64,000 nucleotides of DNA from Vicinamibacterales bacterium (lineage in GTDB: Bacteria > Acidobacteriota > Vicinamibacteria > Vicinamibacterales > CAVVIG01), in NCBI GenBank assembly GCA_035510155.1, contig DATKHR010000065.1, positions 8,911 through 72,910 on the forward strand, read 5' to 3'. The number at the start of each line of letters is the position of its first letter. The stretch's first letter is position 1. Under the pieces are notes generated by a model, which had not been told where the DNA came from, searched no databases, and worked only from the letters and a program-made list of their open reading frames with translations. Positions 9,348-17,011 of this stretch are shown in pieces. A program made the position numbers and the translations under genes.

Positions 9348-10271
9348 GTGAACTGCCCAAAATGCGCAGGAGCGAATTTTGGTTGGGCCAAGAAATGTGA
9401 TCACTGCGGTTCTGTGTTCACTGATGAAAACATCTCTCAGACGCATACAGCAAGGGACGCGGATGACGTGCGCCGAACGGCGAATTACGGCAATGACCAA
9501 GAGCGACTGAGACTCGAATCGAATCCGCCGGTCGACCGCGACGAGCTGCAGTTCGATCACGTGGTCCCTGAATCCAGCCCGTTGGACACGCGCGGCAGGG
9601 CCGGCGTGGTGTGCTCTGCTTGCCAGCAACTGATTCCCGACGAGTACTACGAGATTAACGGGCGTATCGCGTGTCAGCGCTGCCGGCTCGCCATCGAAGC
9701 GGCTGCCGCAACACCAACAGACGCGGGTCCGTTCATAACGGCTGCTCTGTTCGGCTTCGGCGCATGCATCGTTGGAGCCTTCATCTATTTTGCGGTACTT
9801 TACTTCGCCCATCTCCAAATCGGCATTTTGGCGATTCTGATCGGATACATGGTGGGATACACAGTCCGCAAAGGTGCCGGCGGTCGGGGTGGACTGCGCT
9901 TCCAGGCAATGGCTGTCGCGCTCACCTATGGATCGGTCGCTCTAGCGTATGTGCCAATCGTCGTGATCTCTAGCGTCAATGCGGCGCAGAGGGTGCAGCA
10001 TTCTGCAGGCGCGGCAGCTTCAGCTCCAGCCGCCGACCCGCGCCCGCGGGAAGGTCAACCGCGCAGTCCAGTCCCGGGCGTTGTTATGCTGCTGGCGTTT
10101 GTCGCGGTGCTACCCGTCCTTGTCGTGGTGAGCTCGCTTCCGTCGGGCCTCATCAGTGCGTTTATCATTCTGATCGGCATGCGGCAGGCCTGGCAGATGA
10201 CGGCTGCGGCGACGCTGAGCGTGTTCGGACCCTACAGGGTCGGGGCTGTTCCACGGTCCGAACCGTCGTGA
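9348..10271 (+). CDS. double zinc-ribbon membrane protein (function unknown)
   Basis: 307-aa ORF starting at GTG with SD GAGGTG. N-terminal CPKC..CDHC and a second CSAC..CQRC ribbon are followed by at least 4 predicted TM helices. Confidence 0.7.
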   Translation: MNCPKCAGANFGWAKKCDHCGSVFTDENISQTHTARDADDVRRTANYGNDQERLRLESNPPVDRDELQFDHVVPESSPLDTRGRAGVVCSACQQLIPDEYYEINGRIACQRCRLAIEAAAATPTDAGPFITAALFGFGACIVGAFIYFAVLYFAHLQIGILAILIGYMVGYTVRKGAGGRGGLRFQAMAVALTYGSVALAYVPIVVISSVNAAQRVQHSAGAAASAPAADPRPREGQPRSPVPGVVMLLAFVAVLPVLVVVSSLPSGLISAFIILIGMRQAWQMTAAATLSVFGPYRVGAVPRSEPS

Positions 10272-11248
10272 CGCCGGACTCCTGCTCAAGCTGCCGAACC
10301 GAACTACCGCCGTTCGCTCTAGCATGTCCTGCTTGCGGTGCGCTGATCTACGCTGACCGCTTGAAGGCGCTCGCTGCGAGCGCCGATGTGGCTGCCGAGT
10401 CTGGCGACCTCTCGGAATCGCGGGAGCGATTGGCGGACATGCTGAGGCTCTTGCCTGCTCACTCGCGACAGTACGCGACTGTTAGCGAGCGGATCCGCGA
10501 TCTCACCCAGCGCCTCGAAATCCCGACAAACGAAGGACTGTCGCCCTCGAGCGATGCGCGGCCGTGGTGGAAGCGCGGGGTTGCTGGCATCGTCGCGGTC
10601 GTCGTCCTGCTCCTCGGCAAGCTCAAGTTCCTTCTACTTGGTTTGACTAAGGCTGGCACGTTCCTCTCGATGTTTGCATTTTTCGCCGTGTATTGGTCGA
10701 CGTATGGCTGGCCGCTGGCGCTGGGCATCGTGTTGTCGATTTACATCCACGAGATGGGGCACGTGGCCATGCTGCGTGGGCTCGGCATCGATGCGGGCGC
10801 CCCCTTGTTTATTCCTGGGGTCGGCGCGTTTGTCATGTTGAGACAACAGGTCGACCCGCTGACTGACGCCAAGATCGGTCTCGCCGGCCCCGTCTGGGGT
10901 CTTGGCGCGGCGCTCGCCGCGCTTGGGCTCTACGCGGCAACCGAGGCGAAGATTTGGTTCGCCATCGCCCAATTGACCGCCTTCATGAACCTGTTCAATC
11001 TCATTCCGATCTGGCAGTTGGACGGCTCAAGAGGGCTTCACGCGCTCTCGCGGTCGCAGCGATGGACGCTGGTAGCAGCAATCGTGCTCGCGCTCATCCT
11101 CACCGAGCAGCGCATGCTGCTCATCGTTGGCGCCATTGCCGTGTGGCGGGCGGTGCAGCGCGAGGAAGGTCCCGGCGATACACGTGTGCTCGCCACGTTC
11201 GCGGCGCTCGTCTTCGCGTTGTCCCTTTTGGCGCGCGGCGTGGGTTGA
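10268..11248 (+). CDS. zinc-ribbon-fused site-2 protease (peptidase M50 family)
   Basis: 326-aa ORF whose start overlaps the upstream stop (GTGA). N-terminal CSSC..CPAC ribbon, HExxH (IHEMGHV) and the second M50 motif FNLIPIWQLDG within TM helices. Confidence 0.8.
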   Translation: MTPDSCSSCRTELPPFALACPACGALIYADRLKALAASADVAAESGDLSESRERLADMLRLLPAHSRQYATVSERIRDLTQRLEIPTNEGLSPSSDARPWWKRGVAGIVAVVVLLLGKLKFLLLGLTKAGTFLSMFAFFAVYWSTYGWPLALGIVLSIYIHEMGHVAMLRGLGIDAGAPLFIPGVGAFVMLRQQVDPLTDAKIGLAGPVWGLGAALAALGLYAATEAKIWFAIAQLTAFMNLFNLIPIWQLDGSRGLHALSRSQRWTLVAAIVLALILTEQRMLLIVGAIAVWRAVQREEGPGDTRVLATFAALVFALSLLARGVG

Positions 11249-11350
11249 GGCTCCGGTCAGCCAACTCCTCATGCGAAAGCCCGAGCCGGCCGCGCAATCC
11301 ATCCCTCGTTACGCACACATCCGACAAACCATCAGCCGATCCACAATCCT

Positions 11351-12184
11351 TTGAGAAGGGACAGTCATTTGACCCCAGACACGCGGCTCGCCTCCGAGCG
11401 GTTTCCCCGATCTTCTCAATACCACCCCGATTGGGTTCTCGCCAACGCCAGCGGGGGCGCCAATGCGCTATGGCTGACCGAATGGCTCACGACCGCGTTA
11501 GACCTGCGGCCCGGTATGAGGGTGTTGGACCTCGGTTGCGGGCGGGCGTCATCGTCAATCTTTCTGCGGCGAGAATTCGGAGTGCAGGTTTGGGCTGCCG
11601 ACCTTTGGTTCAGCGCGTCGGAGAACATGCAGCGCATCCGGGATGCAGGGGTCGAGGATGGCGTGTTTCCGCTTCACGTCGACGCCCGGGCGCTCCCATT
11701 CGCCTCGGACTTCTTCGACGCCGTTGTCTGTGTCGACTCCTTCCCTTATTTTGGGACGGATGATCTGTACCTGAACGACCTGGCGCGGCTTGTGAAGCCG
11801 GGTGCTCCCGTTGGAATCGCAGGTGCTGGACTGATGCGGGAGATCGAGGGTTTCCTTCCTGATCACCTTCGTGAGTGGTGGACCCAGGATCTCTGGTGCC
11901 TGCATTCAGCGGCTTGGTGGCGCTGGCATTGGGAACGGACAGGTATCATGGACATTGACCTGGCCGACACATTGCCCGATGGTTGGCAACGTTGGCTCGA
12001 CTGGCAAAGGGCTGTCGCGCCGGACAATGCAGCAGAAATCAAGGCGGTCGAAGCGGATCGTGGTACCTACCTCGGTTACGTTCGGCTCGTGGGTCGCCGC
12101 AATAGCCAGGCGGAGCTCGCCGATCATGTCATCTCCGTACCGCAACAGTACACAAAAAAGCCTTTGCTCCGGAACGAGGAGTAG
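11351..12184 (+). CDS. class I SAM-dependent methyltransferase
   Basis: 277-aa ORF with SAM-binding motif I VLDLGCGRASSS. The exact start is uncertain (TTG). Confidence 0.75.
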   Translation: MRRDSHLTPDTRLASERFPRSSQYHPDWVLANASGGANALWLTEWLTTALDLRPGMRVLDLGCGRASSSIFLRREFGVQVWAADLWFSASENMQRIRDAGVEDGVFPLHVDARALPFASDFFDAVVCVDSFPYFGTDDLYLNDLARLVKPGAPVGIAGAGLMREIEGFLPDHLREWWTQDLWCLHSAAWWRWHWERTGIMDIDLADTLPDGWQRWLDWQRAVAPDNAAEIKAVEADRGTYLGYVRLVGRRNSQAELADHVISVPQQYTKKPLLRNEE

Positions 12185-12579
12185 TAAATCGAGGGAAGCG
12201 ATGGGAGCTGTTCGCCGCAGCGACGGCTTTGGCCCTCGACGCGCGTTCCTAGCCGCGAGAGGTTCGATCCCGCGAAGCCTTACAACGGCTTGCCGCACAT
12301 AAGGTCGGCCACCGGACCATGTTCCTGATCGCGAGAACGACAAGGAGCACGCGCTTCAGAGCCGTCAACTGTGCACGAGGTTTTCGAGGCAACGGCTCGA
12401 CGCCCAGAGAAGATCAAGCCGATTGTCCGAAGGAAGACAACGACGGCCGTCAGCGTGGGCTATCTTGTCTGGATTCAGCGACCGATTCAACGGACCGGGT
12501 GGCCGCCTGGGTTATGGCGAAGGACAGGTACAAGAATAGCCAACTTGTTTCGTCCGACAGACGTGTGCGATAACGCGGC

Positions 12580-14724
12580 GTGCTCTATGCGCTGGACCAC
12601 ACTTTCCGCGTGGCCGCCACGGTCGGCCCGGTCGTACTAATCGCGTGGACCGTCGCGCGGCTCTTAGTGCGCGAAGCTGATACGCCGAAGCAATTGACGA
12701 TCGGGCTGCTGGCTGCGTTCACAACGGTCAGCGCCTCGAGTGGCGTACTTGGCGTGCTCGGCGTGTTGTCTTTCCGCGGCTACGTGGCGGTCCTGTGGCC
12801 GCTATTGGCTGCGGCATACCTCCTCTGGCGCAAGTACGGCTCAACGAAAACCCAGTCAGCAGCCAAGCTGAAACTCTCATGGCCGGTGGCGGCGGTTGCG
12901 ATCGTGTCGACGACCGTCACCATTGGAGCTCTAGGGGCAAGGCTTTCCTACCCGATTCCAGACTACGACGAGCTGACTTACCACCTGTTCTTCCCGAATC
13001 AATGGATCGCGCATCACCGTGTGTTTCTCATTGACACGCCATTCGGCGACGCGGCACCCGGGTACGCACCATCGGACGGCGAGCTCTGGTACGCCTGGCT
13101 CATGGCTCCGATGGCGGGGCCAGCGCCCCAGCTAGAGAGTAGTCTTCCCGAATTCGGGAGCACCGCGGTGAAGGGGCGTCACGTTCTCTTTCACGGAGGT
13201 ATCGGGTTGCTCGGGAAGGTCGGCCAGTTTCCGTTCCTGCTTCTTCTGGCTTTCTCACTCACCTTGCTCGCACGCCGCCTCGGAGCGAAGCCATCCATGG
13301 AGTACCTCCCGGCGGCGTTGCTTCCGTTCATTCCGTGGGTGCTTCGGGAGGCATCGTCGGGTTCGGTCGATCTGATGATGAGCGGCCTTCTTGTGTCGGC
13401 CCTGGCGTTCATCTTCGAGTATCGGACGACCGGCACGCTGATCGATGCAGTCGCTGCAGGCCTGTCGCTCGGCCTGGCATGCAGCGTGAAATTCGTATCG
13501 CTCCTCTACATGCCATTCGTACTTGTCGTAGCGGTGATCGGCTTCTTGCGAGCACGAGACGGAAAGGGCCTGCTGGCGTTCTCCCTCGCGTGCGTTGTCG
13601 CCGGCACCCCGTGGTACTGCCGCAACGCGTTGCTCACCAGCAATCCGCTTTTCCCGGCCGACGTATCACTGTTCGGACACGTTGTGTTTCCCGGCGCGTA
13701 CACCCGGGGCGCGATGACGGCGAGCAAGTTTCACGCGCCTGACTTCCGGTCGGCTGTCATCATCGCCACAAATGTGGTGGGATTCTGGTTCTCAGTGCTT
13801 TGCTCGGGTGGAATGGCCGCAAGCGTGATTCTCTCTCGGCGTCGTCCTGAATGGCGCTTGGTCGCGTGGATTGCGCCAGTGGCCCTCGTGTGGCACTTCC
13901 TCGTCGTACCGTACAACTCGCAGCAGCGTTTTCTGCTATGGGTAGGCGCCTTGACCCTACTCCCGCTCGCGTTCTGGGCGGACACGCCGCGAGGCCGCCT
14001 CTTGCTTGGACTTCTGCTCGCAGCGCTCGTCGACCTTTCACTGATTGGCTCGCGAGTGTCGTTTCATTTTGGACCCATCCAGGTCCCAGGTGACGGGCTT
14101 CTGATCGTCAACAGGCGCGCTTTTCTCGAAATGGCGCTCGTGGCTCTTGTTATCTGCGTAGGCTGGTACATCGGTCGATTGAACACGTGGGTGAGGTTTG
14201 CTGCCGTCGCGCTGACGATGACAGCCGTATTTGTTCTACCCATTCTCTTCGTGCGCCCCATGAGCGCCGCGCTTGTACCGCAACTTCCACTCACCGGCTA
14301 CCTTCGCCTGCTTCAGGAACATCCGAGAACCGTGGCCTATTCTGGGAACAACATTCCGTATTTTCTCGCGGGCGCGGAAGGTGAGACGCGTGTCTACTAT
14401 GTCAACGTCGATGGGCAGACGAACAAGCACCTGTATTCATACATCCGCGACGAGGCGCTCGCCAGCCGACTGGACAAGACAAAGGAGAAATCGGACTGGG
14501 CTCGGCGCAACCCCAACTTCGACGCGTGGCTGCACGCGATGGTCGCTCTCGGCGTTCAATGCCTATTTGTCGAACCGCTGAATCCTGTCGAGGGCGCGTA
14601 TCTTGCGCACGATGCCGATGGTTTTCCGATCGAACGCGTCTGGGCCAGAGGACATCCGGAAGCCTTGCCGCTCATCGCATCGAGCAAGAAATGGGAGATC
14701 TATAGAGTTCTGCCGCAGCATTGA
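12580..14724 (+). CDS. polytopic membrane protein, GT-C (family 39/83-like) glycosyltransferase candidate
   Basis: 714-aa ORF with many TM helices, an acidic first-loop motif YPIPDYDELTYHLF (the DE motif of ArnT/PMT-type GT-C enzymes) and a soluble C-terminal domain. Confidence 0.6.
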   Translation: MLYALDHTFRVAATVGPVVLIAWTVARLLVREADTPKQLTIGLLAAFTTVSASSGVLGVLGVLSFRGYVAVLWPLLAAAYLLWRKYGSTKTQSAAKLKLSWPVAAVAIVSTTVTIGALGARLSYPIPDYDELTYHLFFPNQWIAHHRVFLIDTPFGDAAPGYAPSDGELWYAWLMAPMAGPAPQLESSLPEFGSTAVKGRHVLFHGGIGLLGKVGQFPFLLLLAFSLTLLARRLGAKPSMEYLPAALLPFIPWVLREASSGSVDLMMSGLLVSALAFIFEYRTTGTLIDAVAAGLSLGLACSVKFVSLLYMPFVLVVAVIGFLRARDGKGLLAFSLACVVAGTPWYCRNALLTSNPLFPADVSLFGHVVFPGAYTRGAMTASKFHAPDFRSAVIIATNVVGFWFSVLCSGGMAASVILSRRRPEWRLVAWIAPVALVWHFLVVPYNSQQRFLLWVGALTLLPLAFWADTPRGRLLLGLLLAALVDLSLIGSRVSFHFGPIQVPGDGLLIVNRRAFLEMALVALVICVGWYIGRLNTWVRFAAVALTMTAVFVLPILFVRPMSAALVPQLPLTGYLRLLQEHPRTVAYSGNNIPYFLAGAEGETRVYYVNVDGQTNKHLYSYIRDEALASRLDKTKEKSDWARRNPNFDAWLHAMVALGVQCLFVEPLNPVEGAYLAHDADGFPIERVWARGHPEALPLIASSKKWEIYRVLPQH

Positions 14725-14939
14725 AGCTGACTGTAGAAAGGGGGAAAAGGGGTCGCGCAAATGTTGTGGTGCCGTTTCCGCGACTGTCGCCGTCGCGGGA
14801 TGTGTTTGACCAGGTCTCAATAGGGAGCGGGTTGGACGGGTCCGCGGATAATCCTCCACGGCCCCGCACACTACATATAGGGGTTATCTGCGTCAACTGG
14901 ATAACCAGCTCGCTCGATTCTGCGGGCCTTTTCGAGATC

Positions 14940-15025
14940 TGGTGCGGAAGCGGGGATTTGAACCCCGACCGGGTTGCCCCGACTAGCTCCTGAGGCTAGC
15001 GCGTCTGCCGTTCCGCCACTTCCGC
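14940..15025 (-). tRNA. tRNA-Leu (anticodon CAG)
   Basis: Minus strand reads GCGGAAGTGGCGGAACGGCAGACGCGCTAGCCTCAGGAGCTAGTCGGGGCAACCCGGTCGGGGTTCAAATCCCCGCTTCCGCACCA. Acceptor stem GCGGAAG/CTTCCGC. Anticodon stem CTAGC/GCTAG with loop CTCAGGA. Long variable arm CGGG-GCAA-CCCG. T-arm CGGGG-TTCAAAT-CCCCG. CCA is encoded. Confidence 0.93.
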
Positions 15026-15057
15026 AGTGGTGAGAATTTCCTCTGGCCGGAACACTC

Positions 15058-15063
15058 AGTATA
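15058..15063 (-). promoter_or_regulatory. -10 box candidate (GCTATACT) for tRNA-Leu
   Basis: Minus strand reads GAGCTATACTGAG, ~33 nt upstream of the mature tRNA 5' end. The same octamer recurs at 15158 and 54088. Confidence 0.3.
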
Positions 15064-15159
15064 GCTCATGCCCTCGCGCTGCGAGCCGTCGGAGGCACCG
15101 GTACCGCCTGGCCTCGCGCTTCTTCCATCGAGCCAACCGAGGCGCTGATCAAGAGGGGC

Positions 15160-15165
15160 TATACT
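15160..15165 (+). promoter_or_regulatory. -10 box candidate (GCTATACT) for sppA
   Basis: GGGGCTATACTCG lies 76 nt upstream of ATG 15241, followed by SD GAGG. Confidence 0.3.
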
Positions 15166-15240
15166 CGAAACGACCGCGCCCGTTTCACGGCTGTCTGACT
15201 CACTTGGGGCCTATCCCAAGTTTTTCACACCGAGGTTGCC

Positions 15241-17007
15241 ATGGCTCGTCGTGGTTTGACCCTCCTGTTCACGCTGCTCGGCGTCGCCGTGTTCGTCTCA
15301 ATCGCAGGTTTCGTCGCGCTCTATCTCCTCTTCGGCCGCGAGCCTGCCGTTGCCTCGAACACCACGCTCGTCCTGCAGGTCGGCGGCGATCTCGCCGAGG
15401 TCGCGCCCGGCGATGTTGTCGGTTACTTGCGCGGTGTCCGGACGCCCACCGTCCGTTCGGTGGTCGACAACCTCCGGAAAGCGAAGGCCGATTCGCGGAT
15501 TCGTGCGGTCCTGCTCAAGCCAGCGGGATTCAGCTCGCCGTTCTGGGGCAAGGTGCAGGAGATACGCGACGCCGTCCTCGAGTTCCGGAAGTCCGGAAAA
15601 CCGGTCTACGCGTACCTCGAATACGGCGGCGATCGCGACTACTATCTCGCGACGGCAGCGGAAAAGATCTTCCTGATGCCGTCTGCGCCGCTCGACCTGA
15701 CGGGCGTTGCGACCTACGAGCTGTTCCTCCGCGGAACCCTCGACAAAATCGGCGCCTACCCGGATCTCCACCACATCGGCGACTACAAAACGGCCATCAA
15801 TACCCTGACGCAGAAGGGTTTCACACCGGCGCACAAGGAAATGGACGAGTCGCTCAACCGCGATCTGTACGACCAGATCGTCCGCGGGATCGCCGACGGC
15901 CGAAAGAAAAACGACGCCGAAATCCGTCAGCGTTTCGACGAGGGTCCATTTCTGCCGGAGGACGCCCTTCACGCGGGCCTCATCGACGATGTCGCCTACG
16001 AGGATCAGGTGAACGACAAGCTCCAGGCGGGTGAGCGCCGGCGGCGCGTGGACGGTGATGAGTACGCGCGCGTCTCGCTGACGTCCGTTGGCTTGAATCG
16101 CGGACCGCGCGTCGCCGTGATCTACGCAACCGGCACGATCACCAGCGGCAAGAGCGGTTTCGATCCGATCAACGGCGCCGTTGTGGGCTCCGATACGCTC
16201 ATCGAGCACATCCGGCAGGCGCGCCGCGACAGCGGCGTGCGAGCCATCGTGCTCCGCGTCGACAGCCCCGGCGGATCGGCCGCGGCCTCCGACGCGATCT
16301 GGCGGGAGCTCGTCATCGCCAAGAACGAACGCGCGGATCGGCCTCTCGTCGTGTCGATGTCGGATCTCGCGGCGTCCGGCGGTTACTACATCGCGATGCC
16401 GGCGCAGGCGATCGTTGCGCAGCCGTCCACGCTGACCGGGTCGATTGGCATTTTTGGGGGAAAAGTCGTGACGGGCGGCGTCTACCAGAAGCTCGGCGCA
16501 CGCATCGAATCGACCAGCGTCGGCAGGAACGCCGAGCTCGATTCACCGGTGCGGCCCTACAACCCGAGCGAACTGAAAAAATTGAACGAGCAGCTGCAGG
16601 CCTTCTACGATCAGTTCGTCGAGAAAGTCGCCGAGTCCAGACACACGACGCCTGAGAAGATCGATGCGATTGCGCAGGGTCGTGTCTGGACGGGACGGCA
16701 GGCGAAAGAGAACCAGCTGGTCGACGAGCTCGGCGGGCTGGACCGTGCGATTGCGATCGCCAAGCAACGCGCGAAGATTCCTGCCGAGACGGAGGTCGAG
16801 CTCGTCGTGTACCCGGCGCGGCGGAGCTTCTACGAACTGTTGGCAGATCAGTTGAGCAGCCCGGGGGAGGGGATCGCCGTCGCGACGTGGTTGAATGCCA
16901 ACCTGTCGAAGAGCGAGATCGAGGCGTTGCGGGTGATGCGAAGTCCCCTTGCGCTGTTCAGGCGCGGCGAGGTTCTGGCGTTGATGCCGTTTACGTTCTT
17001 ACGCTGA
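15241..17007 (+). CDS. sppA: signal peptide peptidase SppA, 67K type
   Basis: 588-aa ORF with an N-terminal TM anchor and two S49 peptidase domains. Ser region SMSDLAASGGYYIA. Confidence 0.9.
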   Translation: MARRGLTLLFTLLGVAVFVSIAGFVALYLLFGREPAVASNTTLVLQVGGDLAEVAPGDVVGYLRGVRTPTVRSVVDNLRKAKADSRIRAVLLKPAGFSSPFWGKVQEIRDAVLEFRKSGKPVYAYLEYGGDRDYYLATAAEKIFLMPSAPLDLTGVATYELFLRGTLDKIGAYPDLHHIGDYKTAINTLTQKGFTPAHKEMDESLNRDLYDQIVRGIADGRKKNDAEIRQRFDEGPFLPEDALHAGLIDDVAYEDQVNDKLQAGERRRRVDGDEYARVSLTSVGLNRGPRVAVIYATGTITSGKSGFDPINGAVVGSDTLIEHIRQARRDSGVRAIVLRVDSPGGSAAASDAIWRELVIAKNERADRPLVVSMSDLAASGGYYIAMPAQAIVAQPSTLTGSIGIFGGKVVTGGVYQKLGARIESTSVGRNAELDSPVRPYNPSELKKLNEQLQAFYDQFVEKVAESRHTTPEKIDAIAQGRVWTGRQAKENQLVDELGGLDRAIAIAKQRAKIPAETEVELVVYPARRSFYELLADQLSSPGEGIAVATWLNANLSKSEIEALRVMRSPLALFRRGEVLALMPFTFLR

Positions 17008-17011
17008 CGAG

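Noticed and set aside
12255-12280. GGTTCGATCCC T-loop-like motif (possible tRNA or tRNA fragment marking an att site)
   Set aside because: The flanks cannot be folded into T-stem and acceptor pairing, and the motif does not match the tRNA-Leu 3' end.
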